Below, piece by piece: positions 28,060 through 39,083 of a stretch of 64,000 nucleotides of DNA. Origin of the DNA: Selaginella moellendorffii (Eukaryota; Plantae; Lycopodiophyta); the NCBI RefSeq assembly GCF_000143415.4, contig NW_003314310.1, positions 1,172,611 to 1,236,610 on the forward strand, written 5' to 3'. A program made the translations under genes and the position numbers. The notes under the pieces were generated by a model. That model saw nothing but the letters and a program-made list of their open reading frames with translations, searched no databases and was not told where the DNA came from. Numbering within the stretch: position 1 is the stretch's first letter; each line of letters opens with the position of its first letter.

Positions 28060-30782
28060 ATGGATCAGGCTGCGCACGCGCAGGCAGAGGGGCTGCTGCC
28101 CGAGACAATGCAGGGCGTGCAGGGGGAACCGAGCATGATCGACCAGATCAATGCGATGTGGCTCCAGATTCGAGCGCCATACATTGCCCCGGCATTGCAG
28201 GTGGGCGTCAACATCTGCCTGGTGATGCTGCTCATGCTCTTCGTGGAGCGGCTCTACATGGCGCTGGTGATGGTGCTGGTCAAGCTGTCGGGCAAGAGGC
28301 CCGAGAACAAGTATAAGTGGGAGCCCATCAAGGACGACCTCGAGTCGGGCAATTCGGCCTATCCCATGGTGCTGGTCCAGGTGCCCATGTACAACGAGCG
28401 CGAGGTGATCTATTCGATGCCTAGCCCACCCTCTCGCTGTGGCTAACGAAGTTTAGCTTGGTTTTTTGGTCTGGATTCTCCTCCCAGGTGTACCAGCTCT
28501 CAATTGGCGCTGCTTGTGGCCTCTCGTGGCCTTCGGACCGCATTATTGTGCAAATCCTGGACGATTCGACCGACCTCACCATCAAGGTTTGCCTAGAGCT
28601 TCCACCTCTTGGAACTATGTGGATGGATGTGATTGGATGTTTTACACGCAGAATCTGGTGGAGCTCGAGTGCCAGAGATGGGCGAGCAAAGGGGTGAACA
28701 TCAAGTATGAGATCCGGGACAACAGGAATGGCTACAAGGCGGGGGCGCTCAAGGAGGGCATGAAGCGCAGCTATGTCAAGGACTGCGACTATGTGGCCAT
28801 CTTCGACGCGGATTTCCAGCCCGAGCCCGATTTCTTGTGGCGGACCATCCCCTACCTGGTGCACAACGCCGACATTGGTCTCGTTCAAGCCCGCTGGAAA
28901 TTCGGTACGTTGGTCTCACCCGGCTGGCTGGCTGATTGATTGATTGATTTTATCTGGGCGATGCATTTTCCATTCTCCCCTGGGATGATCATCCGCTGAT
29001 TTTGTGTGTCTTGCTGTCTTGATCCAGGAATTAGTTAGTTGACCCGAGAGGACTGTGTGTGAGGCGAGAGATAGTAGTGTCTCTTTTGCTGCCTGGTTTG
29101 ATTTGCGGGAAGATAGATTTGCCTCGCCGACACGCGGCACAGGGGTAAAGCACAAGAGAGATTTACCACCCGGGAAGCTTCTCCTTGGCTATAAAGTGGC
29201 GCCAGTCTGTGCCACACGCACCACGTGGCCTCGTCCCAGTCGTCAAGTCCTCTGGATTCTGGCCACGTAGCACGGGTGTCGGCCCCTCAACTCAATTACT
29301 CTCTCCCTGACAACGCGACGACGACGACGATTCCTCGAGTTCTTGCGCGTTGCATTTGCGCGCCAATTGCTCATTTTTAGGGCTCATTAACATCGGCTCC
29401 CTGCAAGAACTATGCCGCATGATGCATGCATGCCTTGGGTTGCTTGAATCCCCCTCTTTCTCTTTCTCCCACCACTCACACACAGTCTCAGGCGCGGCCA
29501 GCAGGCAGCCCCTTGAATGATCTGATATTGACGTTATTCTTTTTTTTTTCTCTCTTTCAATGTGGAGCAGTGAATGCCGACGAGTGCATGATGACACGGA
29601 TGCAGGAGATGTCGCTGAGTTACCATTTTACCGTGGAGCAATCTGTGGGATCCGCAACCTATGCTTTCTTTGGATTCAATGGTAGGTAATAAGCTAGCTA
29701 CAGGGTCACGCTTACGAAACGCTTGCTGTTTGCTACAACAGGCACTGCTGGAGTTTGGCGCATTGCGGCCATTAGTGAAGCTGGAGGGTGGAACAGTCGG
29801 ACCACGGTTGAGGACATGGACTTGGCAGTCCGTGCGGGGCTCAGAGGCTGGAAGTTCGTTTATCTAGATGACCTGTCGGTACGTTTAGTACCTTTTCCTT
29901 GCTTAGAGTAAGTAATATGGTTTCTCTGTTTCTCAGGTGAAGAACGAGCTTCCCAGTACATTTAAGGCCTATCGTTATCAGCAGCACAGATGGTCATGTG
30001 GGCCGGCTAACCTCTTTCGGAAGATGATTCCGGGGGTTTTGGCTGCTAAGGTACGTACGCGCATAACGCAAACGGCAGGCTTTTAGTTTTTCTTTCTCAC
30101 CACTGGGGCACGTTGTTGATTTTGCAGAAAGTAAGCATGCTCAAGAAGTTCAGCATTCTTTATTCTTTCTTTCTGGTGCGGAAGATTGTAGCACACCTTG
30201 TCACATTCATATTCTTCTGCGTCGTGGTGCCAACATGCGTGCTGGTGCCCGAGGTCAACTTACCAAAGTGGGGCTCCATTTATCTTCCGTCGATGATAAC
30301 GCTGCTAAACTGCATGGCAACTCCAAAGTGAGTGTTATCCCCTTATACATCTGATTCTTAATGTTGCTTCCCTACAGGTCACTCCCCTTCCTAGTCTTCT
30401 GGGTCCTGTTTGAGAACGTCATGTCCATGCACAGAACCAAAGCGACGTTCACCGGGTTGCTGGACATCGGCCGTGTCAACGAGTGGATTGTGACGGAGAA
30501 GCTCGGGGACGCCCTCAAGATAAAGTTTGCAAAACTAAAGCAAAAACCAAAGCAGAAGATCGGAGAAAGGCAAGCATACATATCTCAGCGATTTCATGTG
30601 TTTCATGTGCTAGCTGCAGGTTGTTCGTCCAGGAGCTGATCGTCGGCCTGTACATCTTCTTTTGCGCGTCTTACGATTTGGCCTTCGGGCGCGACCGTTA
30701 CTACATCTATCTCTACTTGCAAGCAGTCGCATTCTTCATCATGGGCTTTGGGTACATTGGCACTTACGTTCCCAACACTTAG
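28060..30782 (+). CDS. CSLA: Cellulose synthase-like A (glucomannan 4-beta-mannosyltransferase), multi-exon
   Basis: [42 protein letters not shown] and QQHRW (GT2 D,D,D,QxxRW). Ends [12 protein letters not shown]. Confidence 0.93.
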
Positions 30783-31337
30783 AAAAGCAAAGGCAGCAAC
30801 GCGGTTTTGGTGGGGTGAGGAGATTTGCCTCTCGTTTTCGGTTCCTCCTTTTTTTTTTCTTTGTGGCTGGTAAGCGTTAGTTCCACTGTACTTTACAAGT
30901 CGGGATTGTAGCTATAGGCTAGGAGAGATTGAGTAGAGAGTTTGACTCATCACATCGTCGTCGTCATCAACAGCAGTGCTTCTTCATGACACTGGCAGAT
31001 CATCTGAGAATTGCAAGAAAAGGGAGGCGGTTGATCAAACAAAATCAGTGTATATAGCCGGCCAGACACAGAACCGGGGGAGGAGGCAGTGATAATAAAC
31101 ATGAAAGGAACAGCAAACACCATCTGAAGGTATATGCGTGGCAAGCGAGCGAGCGAGCTGTGTATATAGGAGGGTCGGGAGAGACAGCGGAGCGGACAGA
31201 AGAAAATAATTTTGACAACACCATTTTCATGATAAACATCTCCAATAAACTGGCGCAAGCACCAATTTGCTTGCTTCGTTTGAACTTTTAAGTGGTAGCA
31301 GGCTCTCTCGATCGAGAACATCACACAAGAAATGGTA

Positions 31338-34300
31338 TCACGTACGTACAAGTGCGGGTTCGGAATCTACAGCTTCAGTACAGGCTGCCTCCACAGCTAA
31401 AGTTTTTGCTTTCCCTGGACAAGGATCTGTTCCAAAATTCTTCCAGAATATCTCGAAGGAACAGCTCTGTCTACCAATGCAAGCCTGCGCAAGGAATAGT
31501 TATAGTTGCTATGTGCAAACAAAGGACAGGCTTTCTTTATTACCTTCTCCACAATGGTTTCAGATTCCAAAGCGTGGCAGCTCCCTTTTTGGAAGGCCCC
31601 ACATCGACCCTTCGGATTTCCAAAGCTGGCGAAGAAAATGGAGGAAATGAATTGGCCTGGAGAGCAGCTTAGCCCGAGCTCTGGCAGAGATGAGAATTGT
31701 GCAACAGGTGGCAAGCTGTACTCTGAAACTTGAGCGCACACTCTGTCGACTACTCTTGATGCAAATGAGACACCGCTAACGTTCCCTCCAATCTCTTCCA
31801 GTAAAACCAGTGTATTCTTCTCGTTTACCAGCCACTCTCGTGGAACGTGATACCTTGTAAACAAAGAGAGGAGAAAGTGAGCTGGCAAGTTTCAACAACA
31901 AAAATCGACAACCAATCGACGTACCACTCTTGCGATGGAAGGCCACAGCTAGAAAGGCATTTTGAGCTATAATATGTTCCACGGTAATCACATCTGTCTG
32001 AACACCCGGTCGAGGGGGCAGTGATGACGGGCCAGAACCTGCCCAGGCTGTGTCCATTCACCCAAGCTTGGCCTTTGCCCATGCTACCCAGATGGATGGC
32101 AACAGGATCATCACCGTCGGGTATGTTGAAGTTTGCCTGGAAATGTGAACTTTTCTGTAATGGCGAAACCGAGCATGGAAATTGTTGTACCTTGTACCAC
32201 ACCAAAGGCTGAAAAAAAGGTAATGAGGTTGTCGAGGACCATGTTATCGCATCATGCTCTCCGTTTAGACCAACCTGCACTTCGTAAATTGTAGTTATAT
32301 GTTGGAGCAAACCTTAGCTTAGCAAACCTGATGTAGCCACAGTGCTGAAGTCAAGTTACGTGTCCCCGTTGAAAGCCCTTGTATCCAAATAGACCCGGTG
32401 ATGCCTGCTCCGTGGGTTTCCAAGTGAGCGCCGTAGTTCTACATGCAAAGTACTACTTATGTCACATGGTAGCTGGCTAGCAACTATACTTTCCACCTGT
32501 AAGCCCACAGTTGCACTGAGAATCGCCAGATGATTAACTCCTGCTTTCAGATGAATAGGCTGTTGGACTCTTGCATATAGTCCACCAGATTTCAGGGTAC
32601 TGGTGCTTCCTGCTTCATGAATGAGACTGTGAAGTTCGAGAAACTACAGCCAACCTGCAAACTCTCCGTTGACAAAAATGTGTACCATATCTCGCATGCT
32701 CGTGATTACAAGAACAGGATCTCCTCCCTTTAGCTCCTGATCCAAGATTTCAAACCTAGCACGGAACAAGAGCTTCGAAAAAGTGGACGTGAAAGAAGCA
32801 CTTTGTACCTCGTAGAGTACCACATGTAATCTGTAGAATCATTTGTCGTACTTATTTGCTCAAGCAATGCATGAGCGAGAATCTTGTTGATTCCAGAACC
32901 TCCGACAGGCTCTTGAAACCATTCCCAAGCCAGTTGCTCGACCAATCCAGGAGTATATGAGCCAGATACCTCTTCAATTAAAGAAGGTTTCTGCACAGCT
33001 ACCATTTTCGTTACAGACGTTTGAGCTGAAACCTGCAAAAGTGATCCAATGAGCATAATAAACACTAGAAAACCTTCCGAGAAACCTGCGCAGTGTTGAA
33101 CACCACGTTGCGACAGTCGGGAAGAATACTGACAGACCATGGAGGCAAATTATAAACTTTTCCACCAAACTTGACAGAGGCACTGGAGGTGTCAATGTTG
33201 GCCAAGAATGCTGCGCACGGGGTGGCTAAGTTTGAGAAATTTGCTTCAAGGCTGCCATCCGAGTAGACGTGAGCCTGTACCATCTGGAATTATGGAAACT
33301 CCGGTACAATGGAGATGGTTATACCTCCTGCATGCGGCCCAAGGTGTAATAGACTGGATCATTCGAGGTCAATGCAGTCTCGCAAAGCTTAAGGGCCGCA
33401 TGTAACTCCTTTAGGTGACCCCACTTTGGCTGTCTAAGCATTCCTGTAAGGAATAAGAAGTAAGCATTTCCTCGAAGAGTAGTAGGCATGCATGTACCAA
33501 ACTCATCAAGTGGCGCATCGTAGTCGTAACTAGTGGTAATGAAGGGGCCTCCAGATGTTCGACCAAAGTTAGTACCTCCGAAGTACTGGCATCTCTCTGG
33601 CATGAGTAAACGTTGCTCAAGATCGTGCAGCGTACGTACCATATAGTAGTTTTGAGCAACACCTCCTCTCTGGAAGAAACGGGCCACCGCAAAGGCCACG
33701 TCTTCAACAGTTCTATAGGGAGCAGCCTCGCCCCATGATTGATACCTGGAAAGGAGACATCAGATGGCGGATACATAACACGAGAATGAAGAACAACAAA
33801 CCAGCCACTCCAGTTTTCCGTCCACATTGCTGGCTTGTCTCTGGAGTTCGGCTTCCAGCCATCACAATAATACCCGTTGCATGTGTTTATCTTCAGCACA
33901 AACAGAAAAGAGTCTGTGAGTGCCACAAAAGAATGCAGAGTGACCACCACTCACAATGTAATCCGGAGCATCGGGCTGCTTGCACATTATCCAGGGGACA
34001 CCTGTTTCTAAGTCTTTGGCCATTCGTGCTGCCCAAAGCATATAAGTCTTTCCATTGATTCCATAAGACCCTTGAACATTCCCATATTCATTCTCAATCT
34101 GCCAGCCCGAATATCAAAGGTTTTAGCATCAAGAAAAGAAGTGCCAGTCACCTGAGAGAATAGAACTGGACCGCCCTGGGATGCAAACAGTTGCTCCGAT
34201 TTCACCATGTCCACAATCTTCCTCACAAACTCCTCCATCTTGTCCTGCACACAGCCACCACGCGACTTGTTATTCAGAGGCACGGCTTTCGTTGACAGGC

Positions 34301-34909
34301 AACGTCGTCAACCTCGAAAGCTCTATTGTGTGTTCTAAACTGAATGCCAGGCAATTTCAGCAGCCAAGCCGGGAAGCCGCTGCAGGAAAAGAAGAGAAGA
34401 CAAACAGGATTAGCTAGAAAGCAAGAGAGCTTGAAGCGTACCCGAAGTTCCATTCCGCACAGACATAAGGTCCGATTCTGAGGTTGACGTAGAGGCCAGC
34501 TTGGTGCACCAGCTTGAGGAAGCGGATGAGGTCGTAGCGGCCTTGGAAATTATACTGTCACAAGCACATGTCGAGTTGATGAATGCTTTGTTTCCACTTA
34601 CGATTCCGGGCGAGGGCTCATGACCATCCCAGAAGACGTACGTGTCGATCATGTCGAGACCGCCCTCCTTGGCGTTGCGGATCAGGGCCGGCCACATCTG
34701 CAAGCACGAGAGCGCATGAACAAAAGGAGCTCGCGCTTGAGAATGTAGAGAACCTGGGGAGAAGCGCGGGGGTAGTGAATGCATCCGGAGATGAGAATTC
34801 TACGCTGCCCGCCGATGATGATAGCTCTGTGGTCGTAAGAGATGTTGGTGGCGCTGGCCCCCGCCAAGAGCAGCGGCAACGCGAGGAGGAGCAGCAGGAA
34901 TCTGGCCAT
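31338..34909 (-). CDS. BGAL: Beta-galactosidase (GH35) with C-terminal SUEL lectin domain, multi-exon
   Basis: Signal peptide, [67 protein letters not shown] and [12 protein letters not shown]. Confidence 0.93.
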
Positions 34910-34972
34910 GGCCGGTCCCCTTTAGGAAGGGTATAGTGTGCAGTAATTAGAAGCTAGGTCTATGGAAAGGCG

Positions 34973-35413
34973 ATGGCGAGGAGGGCGGCAACGCTGCTGG
35001 TGCCTGTACGAGGGATGAGCGGGCTGCCGTTTTTCGGGCCGGACACACTGGAAGGTTTGTTTGAGAAGTTCTTGGCTCCCAAGTCTTCCAAGAAGCGGCA
35101 GGACGACGATTTGGTGGCGGAGAGGGCACGGCTGACGAGCACGCGCAGGGAGGCAATCGAGCTCTACCGCGACATCTTTCGCGCGTCGAGGGCATTCGCG
35201 TGGCCCAACGAGGACGGCATTCTGTGGCGGGACCTGTTGCGCGCGAGCGCGAGGCAGGAGTTTGAGCAAGCGCGGCACGAGAGGGACCCGGAGGTGATCG
35301 CCAAGCTGCTCGTCACCGGCAGGGACGCGGTGGAGGCGGCGGTGGACAAGTTGGTGGACAAGCACAAGGCGGCCATGGCGCGAGATCGGGTCTCAGGCGA
35401 GAGAGGCGAGTAG
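34973..35413 (+). CDS. LYR-motif (Complex1_LYR) mitochondrial protein, intronless
   Basis: AIELYRDIFR...ARQEFEQARHERDPEVI LYR signature and an Arg-rich presequence-like N-terminus. Confidence 0.85.
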   Translation: MARRAATLLVPVRGMSGLPFFGPDTLEGLFEKFLAPKSSKKRQDDDLVAERARLTSTRREAIELYRDIFRASRAFAWPNEDGILWRDLLRASARQEFEQARHERDPEVIAKLLVTGRDAVEAAVDKLVDKHKAAMARDRVSGERGE

Positions 35414-35423
35414 CGCAAGGATT

Positions 35424-35651
35424 ATGGAGCATGAGTTGCAGCAGCAGCAGCAGCAGCAGCGCGGGGTGAAACGCAAGCTGCGGGTGCTGCAAGAGGAGAG
35501 CTGCGCACTTCTGGAGGAGCTCGAGTCCACCCAGTCCGAGGTCAAGGCACTGCAGCAGGAGAAGATGGAGCTGCTGGACAGGCTGCTGGTGCTGGAGGGA
35601 TTGGCCCACAATCCATACCCTCCCTTCATTCGTCGCTCGCAGCAGCACTAG
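35424..35651 (+). CDS. 75-aa coiled-coil protein resembling the INO80E/TFPT N-terminal domain
   Basis: KRKLRVLQEESCALLEELESTQSEVKALQQEKMELLDRLLVLEG parallels the KRKL..L..E.....EEL.........L..D/EK..LLDRLL..E pattern recalled for INO80E. GC3-rich codons as in neighbouring genes. Confidence 0.7.
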   Translation: MEHELQQQQQQQRGVKRKLRVLQEESCALLEELESTQSEVKALQQEKMELLDRLLVLEGLAHNPYPPFIRRSQQH

Positions 35652-35891
35652 GTAGGATGGCGTAGGCGCACTATTCCCATAAGATCAAGGTGGTATCAAA
35701 AGATATGCGCCCTGGCTGCCCTAGTCGTCGGCGCTATCGGGGCCGTTGCCTGGCCCAGCCGAAGCACAGCCGTCGGATCCGCGCAGGACTGACTGAAAAT
35801 AAATAAAAATCGCTGTTTGCGCTTTCCTCTCTCCTCCTAGGTCTTTCTCTCACTCCCTTGCTCTTGCGCTGTTCATCTTCGCTCCGCTCCC

Positions 35892-36413
35892 ATGGCTGCC
35901 AATCCCAAGGTCTTCTTCGACATCGCCATCGGCGGTAGCCCCGCCGGGCGCATCGTGATGGAGCTGTACGCAGACACTGTGCCCAAGACGGCGGAGAACT
36001 TCCGCGCGCTGTGCACGGGTGAGAAGGGTATCGGCAAGAGCGGCAAGCCGCTGCACTACAAGGGCTCCAAGTTCCACCGCGTCATCCCCGACTTCATGTG
36101 CCAGGGCGGCGACTTCACGGCCGGGAACGGCACGGGCGGCGAGTCCATCTACGGCATGAAGTTCGCGGACGAGAACTTCAACAAGAAGCACACGGGCGCG
36201 GGCGTGCTGTCCATGGCCAACGCCGGGGCCAACACCAACGGATCCCAGTTCTTCCTCTGCACCGTGCCCTGCTCCTGGCTCGATGGCAAGCACGTCGTCT
36301 TCGGCCAGGTTGTGGAGGGGCTCAACATCGTCAAGGACATCGAGAAGGTGGGCAGCTCCTCGGGCAAGACGAGCAAGCCCGTGGTGATTGCCGACTGTGG
36401 CCAGCTCTCTTAG
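35892..36413 (+). CDS. CYP: Cytosolic cyclophilin (peptidyl-prolyl cis-trans isomerase), intronless
   Basis: [47 protein letters not shown] and [12 protein letters not shown]. Confidence 0.97.
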   Translation: MAANPKVFFDIAIGGSPAGRIVMELYADTVPKTAENFRALCTGEKGIGKSGKPLHYKGSKFHRVIPDFMCQGGDFTAGNGTGGESIYGMKFADENFNKKHTGAGVLSMANAGANTNGSQFFLCTVPCSWLDGKHVVFGQVVEGLNIVKDIEKVGSSSGKTSKPVVIADCGQLS

Positions 36414-36601
36414 ATCTATCTGCAGCGAGCGAGCTGCTTGACTTGATTGTTGTGTCCTTTCTATGCTAGCTGCTCTATCTCTCTCTCTCTCTTTTGCATA
36501 TCTCTTGCTTGTTTGTTGGTTCGAGCTCTGGAATGAAAAACGAAAAAAAAGGATTAAAGCTCCCAATCTCTCTCTCACAAGCTTAGGTCGTTTGATTGAC
36601 T

Positions 36602-38147
36602 ATGGCATCGTCCTCGCGTTGCCCTCTGCTGGATTGCGGCAGCAGAGCGTGGCCGCGGGCAACCTGTAGCCCGGAACGGCAAGCGCATGGCTCAGGTGAG
36701 CAGGCTAGAGCCTTCCTTTGCTCCTCGCAAGTAAGCCTATCATTGGTTGCAGCAAGGACGTTGGTTTATGCCAGGAAGAAATCGGGATTTGCAGAGCTGC
36801 TGCTCCAGAAAAGGTTGGGTGCAAGTTGCAAGTTGCAGCGCATTGTTTGTAATCCATCCGTGTGGTTCGTTTTCTCCAGGCAAGGCGAACAGCCGCATGG
36901 CAAGCACTTGAAGTTGAAGCCTGGAAGAGTGTCCCCTCCGCTCAGCGTTCCCGCAGACATCCCCAGGCCACCGTATGTTGGTTCAGCCGCAGCGCCTGCT
37001 TTCAACATGGAGCCGCAAGTCCACGACGAGAGTGGTGTGGCGAGAATGCGAGCCGCAGGGGAGCTAGCTGCCCGAGTTCGCGACTTTGCTGGTAGCCTCA
37101 TCAAGGTACGAAAGGCTCGAACGCAAAGTGTTTCGGCGCTTTGACTGCCTTTGTGGTGCAGCCAGGTGTAACGACGGACGAGATCGACAAGGCAGTGCAC
37201 AAGATGATTGTTGAAGCGGGTGCATATCCATCGCCTCTCGGATACGGTGGGTTTCCGAAGAGCGTGTGCACGTCCGTGAACGAATGCATCTGCCACGGTA
37301 TACCCGATTCTCGTCCGCTTCAGGTAACACAAGTTAAGTCCCAGACTAAGTAAGAATCCTCGACCACACCAGGACGGCGACATTATAAACATCGACGTGA
37401 CTGTCTATCTGAATGTATGTAAGCCACAGAGGTGCCAAATCTCACACGGTTTTCTTTCAGGGATATCACGGGGACACATCCGCAACTTTCCTTTGCGGCA
37501 CCGTCAGTGACGAGGCCAAGCGGCTGGTAGAGGTGCGGAGAAAGAGAAACTTTTGTGTGGCTGGTTGCTGAGTTTTGTGCATAGCCAGGTGACTCGCGAG
37601 GCCCTGGACAAGGCAATCGCAGTTTGTGGCCCAGGTGTGGAATTCAAAAAGATCGGGAGGACCATCCAGTGAGGCCTTTCTTTTGCTTTGTTATCGTGTT
37701 TTCATCCTTTTTGTCTCTTGCTTTTGTCGCTCGCCACCAGTGATGTTGCTGATAAGTTCAAGTACGGGGTGGTGAAGCGATTTGTTGGGCATGGAATCGG
37801 CACCATATTCCATTGCGCTCCCTCCATCCTGCATTTCCGTAAGGAAGGAGAGTGTCGCAATCCAGCTCTAACACCGAAGCGTTGGTACCTGGCTTTACAG
37901 GAAATAATGAACCTGGTCGCATGCAGATTGGTCAAACGTTCACGATTGGTAAGAGTGCTCACGTTGATCTCGTTTCCCCTCCGACTCTCTTGTTCCAGAG
38001 CCAATGCTGACAATGGGGAAGCCGGACGACCTGATCTGGCCGGACAACTGGACCGCGGTGACGGTCGACGGCAGCCTTTCTGCGCAGTTCGAGCACACCC
38101 TGCTCGTCACAGGGGACGGTGTCCAGGTATTGACGCGAGCACCATAA
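36602..38147 (+). CDS. Organellar methionine aminopeptidase 1 (MAP1D-like), multi-exon
   Basis: [45 protein letters not shown] and [11 protein letters not shown]. Transit peptide. Stop TAA at 38145-38147. Confidence 0.9.
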
Positions 38148-38191
38148 TGTCGAGGCGAGATAGATAATACACAAGATTACACGATTCGTAG

Positions 38192-39007
38192 CTAGTGGAG
38201 AAAGACACCAAGGAAGATGGAAAGGACGAACCATCCCAGGAAGAAGTAGCCCACCTTTCTGATTGCATCCATGTCCTCCTCGTCCTGCATTGCACGATTT
38301 GTAAAGAGCTGGCGGGAAAGTCAGGACGCTGGCATACCACGGGTGGATCCGGGAGGCTGTACTTCTGGGTGATGTCCGCCTCGTAAGGCCAGACGTAGCG
38401 TTTGTTCTTGTTCTTCTCCTGGAGAATGCTCCAGTCATACAGCCTCCGCTGCCGCTCCGAGGTTAATACGTCAAAGGATTGCTACAACACGAGCCCTGCA
38501 TTGTGTGAGTGTAGTGCTGGTGAGCGACGACGTGTGGCTCACCTGGAGCTGTTGCAGCTGATCGCGAATTGCATCGTCGCTCCAGCCGTCTTCCTTGAGA
38601 GCCATCACTTCGTCCACTCGCTCCTTGAAAGCAGCAGCAATCTGAAACGGGCAATGCACGAGTTAGCTATCGGAACGCAAGGCTCGGTTACCTGAGACGT
38701 GGGTGCTTGCCACGGGACTTGGAGGCGTGCATAGTGGTCCACGTCTGTAATCGGCCCTGCGTTCCTAACAAGCGCCAAAGCTCAAGCTCCACGCTACGTA
38801 GCAAGCGTTTGTACCTTTGCTGGCCAGCACCTTCTTGAAGTTGGTCATGGTGAGCAGGGGATCCTTCGTCCTGGGCGGCGGCGCTGCCAGGCTCTTGTCC
38901 ACCGGGGCCCTTTCAATCGCCTCGCTCGCATCGCTTGCCCTGGCGCACATCCGCCTCCGCCTCACCAGGAGCAATCGCGTGCACAGCAGCGAGCCGGCAA
39001 CCGCCAT
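38192..39007 (-). CDS. NdhU: Chloroplast NDH complex subunit U (CRRL, J-like), multi-exon
   Basis: DVDHYARLQ..., RRLYDWS, RYVWPYEADI and a C-terminal TM segment VGYFFLGWFVLSIFLGV match the NdhU pattern. Confidence 0.8.
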
Positions 39008-39059
39008 GGCCGCGAGCAAGCCACACCACACAACACACAAAAAATGGGAGGAGAGGAGG

Positions 39060-39073
39060 TTTAGGGTTTAGGG
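39060..39073. promoter_or_regulatory. (TTTAGGG)2 telo-box in the 76-bp NdhU/BMS1 divergent spacer
   Basis: Two perfect plant telomere repeats 10 nt before the BMS1 ATG. Confidence 0.7.
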
Positions 39074-39083
39074 TTACTTGGGG

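Noticed and set aside
31073-31094. Minus-strand sequence resembling miR408 (TCACTGCCTCCTCCCCCGG)
   Set aside because: Several mismatches to the mature sequence and no complementary star arm nearby.
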